From Gammaproteobacteria bacterium (GTDB taxonomy: Bacteria > Pseudomonadota > Gammaproteobacteria > Steroidobacterales > UBA11654): a stretch of 64,000 nt of DNA. Of the stretch, positions 40,202 to 51,332 are shown in pieces; positions within the stretch are counted from its first letter, which is position 1, and every line of letters begins with the position of its first letter. A program made the position numbers and the translations under genes. The notes beneath the pieces are model-generated. The model ran no database searches, was not told where the DNA came from, and worked only from the letters and a program-made list of their open reading frames with translations. The DNA lies in contig JAQWSZ010000035.1 in assembly GCA_029242945.1 (NCBI GenBank), positions 12,695 through 76,694 on the forward strand, read 5' to 3'.

Positions 40202-41223
40202 AAGTTTCTGCCAATAAGCTTATTCAAAATAGAGTCAATCATTAATCCTTCTTTTATTCTTATTTTAGGATTTAATAGCCATGTATTATCTCTCATTTTA
40301 CCTTGGTACTTTACATAATCTTTAGGGGTTATAAATATAGGAATAGTTGCTTCTTTTTCAATCGTATCCAAGTCAATAAGTTCATGATCTTCTGCCATAA
40401 TTGGTATTATATGCAGACCTTTTTTCTTAAGTTCTGAATATATTCTCTCCGGATTTCCAATACCTGCTAGTACCTGAACTTCTGTATCTGCAAAATCAAT
40501 AATTGATCTTATTTGATTACTATTTACTTCTCTTACTTCTTCATTTTCTATTGTAAAATACACAATTGGATTATTTGTCAATAAAGGTTCATCCTTCGTT
40601 AATATTTTTGACCCATTAACCATTATTAGATCAACGGACGCTATTCTTTCAATGTCTTCTCTAAGTGGGCCAGCAGGTAACATCAAAGCATTTCCAAACA
40701 ATCGATTACTATCAATTATCAATATTTCTATATCCCTACCCAAAGCATAGTGTTGCAACCCATCATCAGAAATAATGATATCGACACCCTTTTCTTTTAA
40801 GAGTTTTGCAGCTTTTACCTTATTAGTACATACACAAATCATTGCGTTAGATTCTTGAGCCAAATAGACAGCTTCGTCTCCATATTCGGCAGCAGAATGA
40901 TCTGAATTAATAATAATTGGTTCCTGCCTCTTATTCTTCCCTTTATAACCGCGTGATATAATCCCAACTTTCTGGTTCTTTTTTCTTAACTCTTCGCTCA
41001 ACCAAAGCGTAACAGGAGTTTTTCCTGTACCTCCGATTGAAATATTACCAACGATAATTACAGGGATGCCTATATCTATTACTCTCAAAAAACCAGCTTC
41101 ATATAAAGTTTTTCTCAAATAAACTATAAACCTAAAAATAATAGATAACATTCTTAAGATTATTGGTGGTCTCAACCCCTCATACCAAATTGAATTTAGA
41201 AATTTATGACTAAACTTCTTCAT
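40198..41223 (-). CDS. lpxK: tetraacyldisaccharide 4'-kinase
   Basis: GNISIGGTGKTP P-loop. Start set at the internal Met (MKKFSHKF); follows msbA. Confidence 0.85.
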   Translation of the reverse strand: MKKFSHKFLNSIWYEGLRPPIILRMLSIIFRFIVYLRKTLYEAGFLRVIDIGIPVIIVGNISIGGTGKTPVTLWLSEELRKKNQKVGIISRGYKGKNKRQEPIIINSDHSAAEYGDEAVYLAQESNAMICVCTNKVKAAKLLKEKGVDIIISDDGLQHYALGRDIEILIIDSNRLFGNALMLPAGPLREDIERIASVDLIMVNGSKILTKDEPLLTNNPIVYFTIENEEVREVNSNQIRSIIDFADTEVQVLAGIGNPERIYSELKKKGLHIIPIMAEDHELIDLDTIEKEATIPIFITPKDYVKYQGKMRDNTWLLNPKIRIKEGLMIDSILNKLIGRNL

Positions 41224-42952
41224 CAAACTGTAATTTATGAAGTAGTGCATATTCTGAATTATTCTCTATTAATTCATTATGTGTACCTGTTTCTATAATT
41301 TGTCCTTCTGAAAGAACACATATGCGATCTGCTTTCTCAATTGTGGATAGGCGATGTGCAATAACCAATGTTGTCCGATTCTTCATTAAGTTCTCTAGTG
41401 CCTTCTGAATGTATTTCTCAGATTCTGTATCTAAAGATGATGTAGCCTCATCAAGTATCAGTATTGGTGTATTTTTTAGTAATGCTCTAGCTATAGCTAT
41501 TCTTTGTCTTTGACCACCAGACAATAAAATACCTTGATCTCCTACTATTGTTTCAAGCCCATTGGGTAGTTTTGCTATAAATTCTTCCAAATGTGCAGCA
41601 CTGACCGCCTTATCTATGTCTTCACTAGTGTGATCTCCATAGGAAATATTATTAATAATGGAGTCATTAAAAAGTGTGACTTCTTGAGTCACTACACTAA
41701 TATTTTTTCTCAATGATGCAAGAGAATAGTTTTCTATATTTGTATCATCAATAGTTATAGTACCTTTTGAGATATCATAGAATCTAGGTAAAAGATTAAC
41801 TAATGTAGTTTTACCACTCCCTGATTTACCTACGATAGCAACTGTCTCACCAGATTGAATATTTAAATTTATATTATTGAGTGTTGGTCCATACTCCTGA
41901 TCATAGGAGAAAACTATATCCTTAAAATCAATGGAGCCTTTCAGAATTCCTGCTTCTTGTAATCCAGTATCTTGTTCATTATTTTCATCAATTAAAATAA
42001 ATATACTAGATGCAGCTGCAATTCCTTTTTGAATCATGGCATTAACATTAGTCAATCTTTTTAGCGGAGTCATCAATAAAACCATTGCTGTAATAAAACC
42101 ACTAAAGTCACCTACACTCATATTATTTTTTACCTCATCTGTAGTTGCCACAAAAACTACACCTGCTACTCCTAGTGATGCTATAAATATAGTTAAAGCA
42201 TCCCCTATTGCCTTGGTTGATAAGAGCTTTGTGTTATGTTTTCTATTACTTTCATTAATCACTGAGAATTTCTTATTTTCATAACTCTGCCCATTGAAGA
42301 TTTTAATAATTCTATGATTCTGTAGTGTTTCCTTAATAGCATGAGTAACATCTCCCATGGAATCTTGTATTCTTTCGCTATATCTTCTGAATAATTTGCT
42401 CAAAGCCCAAACCAGTAGAGCAATAATAGGTGCGGCCATAAAAATTACTGTTGCTAATGTAGGACTGAGATAAATCATATAAATTGAAAGGACGATGATA
42501 GTTAATGTATCTCTAATTAGAATTGTAATAATATTAGATGCTGATTCTGCGACTTGCTCTATATTAAATGTGACTCTTGATAGAAGTTCTGCATTTGATT
42601 TTCTATCTAGAAATATTGTTGGCAGATATAAAAACTTATTATAAATTTCAGCTCTTAAAGATTTGATTACTTGCCTACCAATCCAGGCAATATTATATGT
42701 TGAGAAAAATCCTGAGAGGCCTCTGATCAAAAAAATAAAAATAACAACTAAGGGTAAATAATCTTTAATTTGATCTATATTGTTTGAATTTTCTGTACCA
42801 GCAAAACTATCGGTTAATGTTTTGATTAAAAAAGCAAAGCCAGTATCTGTGATAGCAAATATCAGCATGGCAATTGCTCCAAACGTAAACATTAGCCAAT
42901 AATGAGATGCGTATCTCAATAATCTTAAATAAGTTTTTAAGCCGTCGTTCAT
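41210..42952 (-). CDS. msbA: lipid A export ABC transporter MsbA
   Basis: Six-TM domain plus NBD (GKSGSGKTT, LSGGQRQR, ILILDEATS); msbA-lpxK order. Confidence 0.85.
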   Translation of the reverse strand: MNDGLKTYLRLLRYASHYWLMFTFGAIAMLIFAITDTGFAFLIKTLTDSFAGTENSNNIDQIKDYLPLVVIFIFLIRGLSGFFSTYNIAWIGRQVIKSLRAEIYNKFLYLPTIFLDRKSNAELLSRVTFNIEQVAESASNIITILIRDTLTIIVLSIYMIYLSPTLATVIFMAAPIIALLVWALSKLFRRYSERIQDSMGDVTHAIKETLQNHRIIKIFNGQSYENKKFSVINESNRKHNTKLLSTKAIGDALTIFIASLGVAGVVFVATTDEVKNNMSVGDFSGFITAMVLLMTPLKRLTNVNAMIQKGIAAASSIFILIDENNEQDTGLQEAGILKGSIDFKDIVFSYDQEYGPTLNNINLNIQSGETVAIVGKSGSGKTTLVNLLPRFYDISKGTITIDDTNIENYSLASLRKNISVVTQEVTLFNDSIINNISYGDHTSEDIDKAVSAAHLEEFIAKLPNGLETIVGDQGILLSGGQRQRIAIARALLKNTPILILDEATSSLDTESEKYIQKALENLMKNRTTLVIAHRLSTIEKADRICVLSEGQIIETGTHNELIENNSEYALLHKLQFDEEV

Positions 42953-43043
42953 GTAAAAATATTATACGCTACTTTAATATCCTAGAAGGTTCTCTAAATA
43001 TGATGTAATTATGAAGATTAAATAATACTTATTTTAGAAAAAA

Positions 43044-43724
43044 CTATATATTCACTAATTTTCCTAAACGTAATTCAATAATTCTATCTAGTTTTTTGAC
43101 CAATTCTTGATTATGCGTCACAACAATTAGTCCAGAACCTGAGTTTTCATTAAGCTCAAGCAAACAGTCAAAAACAGATTTTGCAGTTTCAGGATCAAGG
43201 TTACCTGTTGGTTCATCAGCCAAAATAACATTGGGCTTTCCAATCATCGCTCTAGCAACAGCAACCCTTTGGCATTCTCCACCAGAAAGTTCAGAGGGTC
43301 TATGATTCAGTCTATTACTTAGGCCAATTGCTGATAATATACTTGCTGCTTTATTCTTTGCCTCTGACATCTTTGTTTCCCTTACAAGTAGCGGCATCAT
43401 TGTATTTTCAAGCGCAGTAAATTCACCAATAAGATGGTGAAATTGGTAGATAAAACCAAAATAATTATTTCTTAACTTGCTTGCAGCTTTATCAGATAAA
43501 GTGGATGCATCAATGCCATCTATGCTAATGGCTCCAGAATTCAATTTATCCAGCATGCCAATAATTTGAAGTAAAGTGGTTTTACCACTCCCAGATGGCC
43601 CGATAATACCTATAGTTTCTTTTTCATGAATATTTAAATTAATGCCATCCAGAACTTTTATTAGCTCATTACCCTTAGTAAAAGCTTTTTTAATATCTTT
43701 TATTTCTAGTATCACTTTATGCAT
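43044..43724 (-). CDS. lolD: lipoprotein-release ABC ATPase LolD
   Basis: GPSGSGKTTLL, LSGGECQRVAVARA, ILADEPTGNLD; follows two LolC/E-type permeases. Confidence 0.85.
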   Translation of the reverse strand: MHKVILEIKDIKKAFTKGNELIKVLDGINLNIHEKETIGIIGPSGSGKTTLLQIIGMLDKLNSGAISIDGIDASTLSDKAASKLRNNYFGFIYQFHHLIGEFTALENTMMPLLVRETKMSEAKNKAASILSAIGLSNRLNHRPSELSGGECQRVAVARAMIGKPNVILADEPTGNLDPETAKSVFDCLLELNENSGSGLIVVTHNQELVKKLDRIIELRLGKLVNI

Positions 43725-43726
43725 AT

Positions 43727-44977
43727 CTAGGTATCCATTTTTAGAAGTATTGCAGGATTTAATTTAGATGCCCTATAGGATGGTACCAAAGATGAAATTA
43801 CTGATAGAAATAGAACTACTGCAAATATCATAAGAACCTCTAACCAATCAATTCTCGTAGGTATTTCACTAAGAAAATATATTTCTGCTTGATATAAGGA
43901 TGCACCAAAGAGTTTTTCTACAAACTGAATCAGTAGAGTTAAGTTAAGTGTGATCACTGTACCCAATAATATTCCTATTGCAGAGCCTATAGTACCTAGA
44001 ACTAAACCAATCGACAAAAATATTCTAAAAATACCAGATTGATTCACTCCTATGGTTCTAATAATACCAATGGTGGATCTTCTTTGCTTGATCATCATAA
44101 TTAGTGTAGAAACAATATTAAATGAGGCAACACATAAAATAATCAGTAATACCACAAATATTATTCTTTTTGTCAACTCCAGAGATCTAAAAAAATTAGG
44201 ACTTTGCTTAGACCAATCGCTGACTATAAATCCACCATTCGCTTCTAATGCAATATTTCTTATTTCATAGCTAGCTATATCGGGATTAAATAGTTCAATG
44301 TCATATCCATGTATTTGTTTCGCTAACTGAAGAAATATTTGTGCGTCAACAAAATTAATTAAGACTAAATTTTGATCATAACTATAGATGCCTGATTTAA
44401 ATATTCCAGTAATAGTGAATTTTTTGAGTCTTGGTAAGTTTCCAAAAGGTGTCAATGAATTATCTTGAGTCATTAAAGTAATAGTCTCTCCTATTTTGAC
44501 ATTTAATTGCTCTGCAAGACCACTACCAATCAAAATATTATAGTCTCCATTGATCAAAGTGCTAATGTTGCCTTTAACAACTAGATTGGAAACCTTTTTT
44601 CCTAAAGCACTATCAACTGATGAAATACCCTTTAACTGAACAGCAGAAAATTGGTCTTCACCAATAACTATCATTTCACGATTAACAAATACAGAATAAG
44701 ATTTCACATTGGAATTATTATTAAGAACTAAGGGTAATATATCCTTATCTTGTGATTCTTGAGTATAGGTAATAGAGGCATGGGGCAGTAAACCCAAAAT
44801 TTTCTCTTTAACTTCAACCTGGAAACCATTCATCACTGACATCACTGTAATAATAACTGCAACACCTAAACTTATTCCCAGGATACTGAATATTGATGTA
44901 TTTGATAGAATAAATATTCCAGATTTTGCTTTTAAAAAAGATTTTAAAACTGCGTATTCATAGTTTTTAGTAATCAT
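43727..44977 (-). CDS. lolE: lipoprotein-release permease (LolE-like)
   Basis: FtsX/MacB-type 4-TM permease with a large periplasmic loop. C versus E assignment is by order only. Confidence 0.7.
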   Translation of the reverse strand: MITKNYEYAVLKSFLKAKSGIFILSNTSIFSILGISLGVAVIITVMSVMNGFQVEVKEKILGLLPHASITYTQESQDKDILPLVLNNNSNVKSYSVFVNREMIVIGEDQFSAVQLKGISSVDSALGKKVSNLVVKGNISTLINGDYNILIGSGLAEQLNVKIGETITLMTQDNSLTPFGNLPRLKKFTITGIFKSGIYSYDQNLVLINFVDAQIFLQLAKQIHGYDIELFNPDIASYEIRNIALEANGGFIVSDWSKQSPNFFRSLELTKRIIFVVLLIILCVASFNIVSTLIMMIKQRRSTIGIIRTIGVNQSGIFRIFLSIGLVLGTIGSAIGILLGTVITLNLTLLIQFVEKLFGASLYQAEIYFLSEIPTRIDWLEVLMIFAVVLFLSVISSLVPSYRASKLNPAILLKMDT

Positions 44978-44982
44978 TTTGA

Positions 44983-46197
44983 TTAACCGTTATGAAAACG
45001 TGTAATTGTTGATGGATCTTGCTTTCCTGCTCTGAAAGAAGGGATTAAACAAGAAAGAATACTTATAATGATGGCGGATAAACATATGATACTAATTTCA
45101 TTTATTTTAATTAGATACGGCATCGTTTCAATATAGTAAAGTCCAGATGGTAATAATCTTAGATTAAATACAGAAGTTAATATTCGTTCTAATTGATCTA
45201 AGTTCAGAAGTGTCGTGACCCCTAATAAACAACCAAAGAAAATACCAATTAATACATTACCCATACCTTGTATAAAGAAAATATGACAAATATCCAATGA
45301 ATTAAAGCCTATGGTTTTAAGTACAGCAATTTCTTTTTTCTTTGCATCAATTGACATTGATAACATTACGATTACATTAAACATAGCAATAACTACAATA
45401 AGAAAAAGCAAAAAAGTCATCGTCATTTTTTCTATATTAATTGCACTAAATAGTACTGAATTATCTTCAGTCCAATCTGATATTCTATAATCTTTCCTAT
45501 CAAATATATCTTTAACCATCATTGTGATTCTCTTGGCTTGATAAATATCAAACAGATCAATTGATATTTTCTTTGTAAACTGATTCGCTTGAGCTATCTC
45601 ATCAGCGTCCTGTTCATTAATAAAAAGAAGAGACGCGTCATAGTCTTGTAAACCATAAACTACTATTTTTTTTATTACGAATGTCTGATTGTTTAAAAAT
45701 GAAACCTTACCTTTTGCAGTTATATTAGGAATATTCAACGAAAGACTATCGCCAATCCTAAGGTTCATTTTTTGAGCCAACTCTTGTCCTATAATCACTT
45801 CAGATCTTTTAATAGAAGTTAGATTAATCTTTTGCAAAAAAAGATCGCCGTTAAAACTTTTGACAATAACAGCTGAAGTTTTTTTATTCGATTCTATAAT
45901 TCCTTTCAACTGATAGCCTATTGAGACTCTTTTAATTTCTTCAATACGTTCTAAGCGTTCTATTAAGGTATCAATATCTGATCTAGATTCTTTCAATGAA
46001 ATAGTGATATGAGAATTGAGTTGTAAAATTCTTTGATGTATTTCAGATTCAAAACCGTTCATGACTGAGAGAATAATAATGACAGCTGCTATACCTATTG
46101 AGATCGCTATTATAGAGCTAAGAGTCACTATGGATATAAAGCGACTTTCTTTTTTTGATCTCAATAACCTATAGGCAATAAATAATTTATTCCTCAA
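44983..46197 (-). CDS. lolC: lipoprotein-release permease (LolC-like)
   Basis: Same fold as the neighbour; first gene of the cluster and divergent from mfd as in E. coli. Confidence 0.7.
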   Translation of the reverse strand: MRNKLFIAYRLLRSKKESRFISIVTLSSIIAISIGIAAVIIILSVMNGFESEIHQRILQLNSHITISLKESRSDIDTLIERLERIEEIKRVSIGYQLKGIIESNKKTSAVIVKSFNGDLFLQKINLTSIKRSEVIIGQELAQKMNLRIGDSLSLNIPNITAKGKVSFLNNQTFVIKKIVVYGLQDYDASLLFINEQDADEIAQANQFTKKISIDLFDIYQAKRITMMVKDIFDRKDYRISDWTEDNSVLFSAINIEKMTMTFLLFLIVVIAMFNVIVMLSMSIDAKKKEIAVLKTIGFNSLDICHIFFIQGMGNVLIGIFFGCLLGVTTLLNLDQLERILTSVFNLRLLPSGLYYIETMPYLIKINEISIICLSAIIISILSCLIPSFRAGKQDPSTITRFHNG

Positions 46198-46311
46198 AGG
46201 TTTACCTCACTATTAGTTGTTAATTAATATCATAATTAGTTTCTTGTTAAAGACGAAGAAAAAAAGAGTTAATTTATGAAATAATACCCTGCTTAATGTC
46301 TATCTATACGT

Positions 46312-49300
46312 ATGAAAGAAAATTATCAAACCATTCTTTTTGAAGGTATTGCTTCTCAATTAAAAAGCAAGGCGAACTCTATTGGCCAACTTTATGGATC
46401 TGCAATGAGCTTAGCCATAGCAGAATGCTTGATAAAATCGAACAATATGATGGTTGTCATTACACCGAATATAGAGGCGTCTGAAACACTCTTAAATGAA
46501 ATTAATTTCTTTAATCAAACCAATAAAGTTATAGAAGTACTTCCGGATCTAGAAATTCTTCCCTATGATATCTCCCCTCCCAATATTGATACTGTTTCTA
46601 AACAATCGAATATTCTTTACAAGTTAGCTCACAAAAAAATTGATCTTTTAATAGTTAGTGCCACGAATTTACTTTGGAGACTTCCTCCTAAAGAGTATAT
46701 TAAAAACGGCAGCTTAGAACTCAATATTAATCAAATACTTAATATCGATGCCCTTAGGAATCAACTAACATCAAGTGGTTACAAAAGAGTATCGATGGTC
46801 AGAAATCCTGGAGATTTTAGTATAAGAGGATCTCTGGTAGATCTATTTTCTCCTTCTTTAGATAATCCTCTTAGAGTTGACTTTAGTGATGACATTATTG
46901 AGTCATTAAGAATTTTTGATTATGAAAATCAACTTACACTACAAATAATTAATCAGGCAATGATTATCCCTGCTAACCATTACCCCAATAGTTCTGAAGC
47001 ATTTGATATTTTTAAAGAGAATATGAGAAATAGTTTTGAGGGCAATCAAATGGATTGGCCATTGTATAATCTCATAGAAACTGATGCCGCTTCATATGGT
47101 GTACATAACTACATTCCATTCTTTTTTAAATCAATGGATTCTCTTTGGGATTATGTTGATGATAGTGCTCATGTTTTTTGTATTAAAGAATCAATTGAAT
47201 CAATTTCAATTCATCAAAAACTAATAGAAGAAAGGTATGCAAGCGTAAAAGAAAATGATCAACCCATGATGAAACCAGAAAATTTGTTCTTAAACTCTAT
47301 AGCACAAATTGAAATCATTAGAAATAAAGAACCCGTAATATTACAATCAGTAAAATTTAGACTGAATAAGAATAAAACAATTATCAACTTAAAAACACTA
47401 CCCATTTTATCTCAAAATAAAAGTGAACATAATTCCTATAAAAAAATAATTGAAGATGTAGTAGCTAAAAAGGACTTAAAGAAAATACTAATTTCAGCAC
47501 CCACTGAGAATAGAAAATCAATGATTGTTAACGATATAAAAAATCATACCAGTAGCATTGGCGAAGTTGAATCATGGAAAGATTTTTTAAATCAAAATGA
47601 AATCTTCAATATTACTAAGAGATCAATCAGTGAAAGTTTTTATATTGAGAATAAGAAAATAGCTGTTATTGGGGAAGTAGATTTATTTGGTCGAACAACC
47701 AAAAGTAGAATAACTCGAAATAGAAATACAAAAGATCCTGAGGCAATTATAGAAAGCCTAAAAGATCTAGATGTAGGATCTCTAGTGGTTCATAAAGATC
47801 ATGGAATTGGAAAGTACAATGGACTAACAAAACTAATAATTGATGATGTGGAATCTGAATTTCTTTCACTATCGTATGCAAAAAATGATTTACTTCAAGT
47901 TCCTGTAACTCTCATGGATCAAGTTTCAAGGTATATTGGAGAAAGCTCTGATGAAAGTATTTTAAGTAATTTAGGTAGCGATCAATGGATTAAAATATGC
48001 AAAAAAACAAAAGATCAAGCTCATGATGTTGCAGCAGAACTATTAGATATCTATGCAAAAAGATCTTTAGTTCTTGGAAAAAGTCAGGTGGTTGACTCCA
48101 ATGATTATGCAAAATTCTGTGAAGGTTTTGAATACGTTTTAACAAGAGATCAATCAAAAGTGATTGAGCAAGTATTAGATGATCTTGCCTCAAGTAAATC
48201 AATGGATCGATTGATCTGTGGGGATGTTGGCTTTGGAAAAACAGAAGTTGCTATGAGGGCTGCTTTTACCACTGCTATCAACGGCTACCAAGTTGTGATC
48301 TTAGTTCCAACAACAATATTGGCTCAACAACATTATGAAACTTTTACAGAACGATTCTCTAATTGGCCAATCAACATAAACTTAATGACAAGAACCCAAA
48401 CTAAAAAATCTAAAGATCTACTTACTGAGAATATAAAAAATGGTAGAGCCGATATTATTATTGGAACCCATGGAGTACTCTCAGAAAACATAAAGTATAA
48501 GGATCTTAGACTGGTAATCGTTGATGAAGAACATCGATTTGGCGTCAGACAAAAAGAGAAACTTAAAAAAATTAAAGAGAATATTGACTATCTAGCACTC
48601 ACTGCAACACCGATTCCAAGAACATTAAATATGGCAATAGGCGATTTAAAAGACATCTCGATGATCACCACTCCACCCGAAAGCAGAATGCCAGTAAAAA
48701 CCTACTTGAGCCAATGGGAAAATAGCTTGGTAAGAGAAGCATGCCAAAGAGAAATCAATAGGGGTGGTCAAATTCTTTTTGTGCATAATAGAATAGAAGA
48801 CATAAATAATGTTGCTGAAAACATTAGAAAGATCATACCTACCATTTCTATTGGTATCGCACACGGTCAAATGAAAGAAAAAGCTTTGGAAATTATCATG
48901 ATGCAATTCTATAGCAATCAATTTGATCTCTTATTGGCAACATCAATAATAGAGAGTGGTCTTGATATACCGAATGCTAATACAATCATTATCAATCAAG
49001 CTGATAGGTTTGGATTAGCACAATTACATCAACTCAGGGGCCGTGTTGGAAGATCTGAGAGACAATCTTATGCATACCTTCTCATTCCACCAAAACACAA
49101 ATTAACACCTCAAGGTGAGAAAAGGTTACAGGCTATTGAGGCGATTGAAGATTTGGGTGTAGGTTTTATTTTGGCTACTCATGATTTAGAAATAAGGGGT
49201 GCAGGAGAAATACTAGGTGACGAACAAAGTGGACAAATTCAAAAGATAGGTTTTACTTTATACAAAGATATACTAGAACAAACCATAAAAACAATGAGAA

Positions 49301-49767
49301 GTGATGGCAGTAATCAAGTGATTGAAAATTTCTCAACTGATATTAATCTGAATATCCCAGCCTTAATCAATGAAGAATACATGCCTGATGTGCATTTAAG
49401 ATTGACTATGTATAAAAGAATTTCATCAACTTTTAATAATAAAGATCTAAATAAGATAAAAAGTGAGTTAATGGACCGGTTTGGCAATCTTCCTGAATAC
49501 ACAGAGAATTTAATTTTATTAACTAAACTGAGAAATAATGCTAAAAATTTAGGCATAGAAAAAATTAGACTCAATAAAACTCATGGAAGAATATATTTTA
49601 ATTCAGCATCAAATATTGATACTCAACTATTAATTAATTTAATACATAATGACACTAACTATAAGCTCTACCCAGATCAATCATTAGGCTTTTCTGGTGA
49701 ATTTATAAATACAGAAGACCGTATAAATAAAGTTAAATATCTACTTAACTATTTAGCCAATCATTAA
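46312..49767 (+). CDS. mfd: transcription-repair coupling factor Mfd
   Basis: 1151 aa; helicase motifs GDVGFGKTEVA, DEEHRFGV, TATPIPRTL, QLRGRVGR. Confidence 0.95.
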   Translation: MKENYQTILFEGIASQLKSKANSIGQLYGSAMSLAIAECLIKSNNMMVVITPNIEASETLLNEINFFNQTNKVIEVLPDLEILPYDISPPNIDTVSKQSNILYKLAHKKIDLLIVSATNLLWRLPPKEYIKNGSLELNINQILNIDALRNQLTSSGYKRVSMVRNPGDFSIRGSLVDLFSPSLDNPLRVDFSDDIIESLRIFDYENQLTLQIINQAMIIPANHYPNSSEAFDIFKENMRNSFEGNQMDWPLYNLIETDAASYGVHNYIPFFFKSMDSLWDYVDDSAHVFCIKESIESISIHQKLIEERYASVKENDQPMMKPENLFLNSIAQIEIIRNKEPVILQSVKFRLNKNKTIINLKTLPILSQNKSEHNSYKKIIEDVVAKKDLKKILISAPTENRKSMIVNDIKNHTSSIGEVESWKDFLNQNEIFNITKRSISESFYIENKKIAVIGEVDLFGRTTKSRITRNRNTKDPEAIIESLKDLDVGSLVVHKDHGIGKYNGLTKLIIDDVESEFLSLSYAKNDLLQVPVTLMDQVSRYIGESSDESILSNLGSDQWIKICKKTKDQAHDVAAELLDIYAKRSLVLGKSQVVDSNDYAKFCEGFEYVLTRDQSKVIEQVLDDLASSKSMDRLICGDVGFGKTEVAMRAAFTTAINGYQVVILVPTTILAQQHYETFTERFSNWPININLMTRTQTKKSKDLLTENIKNGRADIIIGTHGVLSENIKYKDLRLVIVDEEHRFGVRQKEKLKKIKENIDYLALTATPIPRTLNMAIGDLKDISMITTPPESRMPVKTYLSQWENSLVREACQREINRGGQILFVHNRIEDINNVAENIRKIIPTISIGIAHGQMKEKALEIIMMQFYSNQFDLLLATSIIESGLDIPNANTIIINQADRFGLAQLHQLRGRVGRSERQSYAYLLIPPKHKLTPQGEKRLQAIEAIEDLGVGFILATHDLEIRGAGEILGDEQSGQIQKIGFTLYKDILEQTIKTMRSDGSNQVIENFSTDINLNIPALINEEYMPDVHLRLTMYKRISSTFNNKDLNKIKSELMDRFGNLPEYTENLILLTKLRNNAKNLGIEKIRLNKTHGRIYFNSASNIDTQLLINLIHNDTNYKLYPDQSLGFSGEFINTEDRINKVKYLLNYLANH

Positions 49768-50851
49768 TTTTCACATTTGGTTGATTCTTCTCAATTTGCT
49801 TGATTACTTTTTTTCTTTCTTCTTTATTAATCATAGTCAAAGAATGTGCAAGAAATCTTTTATAACAATATGTTAATGGTGCCTCACCTGATGGGACTGT
49901 ATTTCTTTTGCATCTTAGAGCATCGTATTTTTTATCCATTGCAACATTGTCATAATCAAGTTCTAGATTCTCAAGAAGTATTGACATATCGGTAGATTCG
50001 ACATTACAGATCAAAATAAAGTCGCATCCTGCAAAAATTGCTTTATGAATCTTTTGCTCAATACTGAGTTTTTCATCAATCGCTTTCATCATGAGATCAT
50101 CAGAAAAAACTAACCCTCGGAAACCAAGCTCTTCCCTTAGAATAGTTTTTAACCAATATTCAGAAAAAGTAACTATATTCTCATCGATATTTGGATATTG
50201 GATGTGTGCTGTCATAATTGCATTCAAATGAGTTTCAGATAAAAATCTATAGGGTCCAAGATCATTATTCAAATCTTCAATAGACCTATCATCAATTGGC
50301 ATTTCTTCATGTGAATCCAAGACAACTCCTCCATGGCCTGGGAAATGCTTTCCAACAGATATCATCCCCTGTGTTTTAGTTCCGAGAACATATGCTTCAG
50401 CTAAAATTGAGACAACCTTATAATCTGAATGGAAAGAACGATCGCCTATAATTTCTGAGCAGCCATGATCTATATCTAGGACAGGTGCAAAACTAAAATC
50501 AACTCCGCACTCAGATAATTCTATAGCCATTACTCCTCCTGCCAAAAAAGCACATTCGAGCGCCTTTGGAAAACTATCTTCATACATTTCACCTATAGAT
50601 CCTAATGATGGAAGAGAAGAAAATTCATTTTCAAATCTTTGAATACGCCCTCCTTCTTGATCCACAGATATAATTAATTCAGGCGATTTAATATTTTTTA
50701 TATCGTTGATTAGTTCTTTCAGTTGTTTTATATTCTCATAGTTTCTAGAAAAAAGAATAACCCCTCCCACATTATCACTGCTTAGATTCTTCCTATCATT
50801 TTTTGTAAGAATTAGTCCTTCAATTGAAATAAATAAGGGTCCTAGTTTCAT
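49745..50851 (-). CDS. nagZ: beta-N-acetylhexosaminidase NagZ (GH3)
   Basis: VDQEGGRIQRF and KHFPGHGG blocks, and the FSDDLMMKA block containing the catalytic-type Asp. Confidence 0.85.
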   Translation of the reverse strand: MKLGPLFISIEGLILTKNDRKNLSSDNVGGVILFSRNYENIKQLKELINDIKNIKSPELIISVDQEGGRIQRFENEFSSLPSLGSIGEMYEDSFPKALECAFLAGGVMAIELSECGVDFSFAPVLDIDHGCSEIIGDRSFHSDYKVVSILAEAYVLGTKTQGMISVGKHFPGHGGVVLDSHEEMPIDDRSIEDLNNDLGPYRFLSETHLNAIMTAHIQYPNIDENIVTFSEYWLKTILREELGFRGLVFSDDLMMKAIDEKLSIEQKIHKAIFAGCDFILICNVESTDMSILLENLELDYDNVAMDKKYDALRCKRNTVPSGEAPLTYCYKRFLAHSLTMINKEERKKVIKQIEKNQPNVKINDWLNS

Positions 50852-50859
50852 TTTATACC

Positions 50860-51330
50860 TTATTTAATTAGTACTGATGTTCCGATATCAACAAGATCAA
50901 ATAACTCAATGACATCATCATTATTCATATTAATACAGCCTTTAGATCGAGGTACATTTAGAGGAACATCATCAGGTACTCCGTGAATATAAATATACCT
51001 TTGCATTGTATCCACATTTCCCAATCTATTTCTACCAAGTTCCATTCCGCTTAACCATAATATTCGAGTCAAGATCCAATCATTAGTTTTTTCTTTTTTC
51101 TTACTATCCAAATACACTTCTCCTGTAGATCTTCGTGATTTAAATATCTCTCCTCGAAGTGCATTGGTGCCTATTTTTGCTCTTATAATATGTTTGCCTC
51201 GAGGAGTACAATAACTATTTTTTTTCTCTCCAGGACCCAATTTAGCAGTAGAAACTGGGTAAGTAATTACTTGTTTAGTTGAATTAAAAGTCAGTAACTG
51301 ATCGGCTATGGATACAAAGATATTGGACAT
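50860..51330 (-). CDS. YkuD-fold L,D-transpeptidase-family protein without signal peptide
   Basis: IYIHGVPDD...SKGCINM catalytic His/Cys block. The N-terminus MSNIFVSIADQLLTFNS has no hydrophobic signal. Confidence 0.7.
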   Translation of the reverse strand: MSNIFVSIADQLLTFNSTKQVITYPVSTAKLGPGEKKNSYCTPRGKHIIRAKIGTNALRGEIFKSRRSTGEVYLDSKKKEKTNDWILTRILWLSGMELGRNRLGNVDTMQRYIYIHGVPDDVPLNVPRSKGCINMNNDDVIELFDLVDIGTSVLIK

Positions 51331-51332
51331 AA

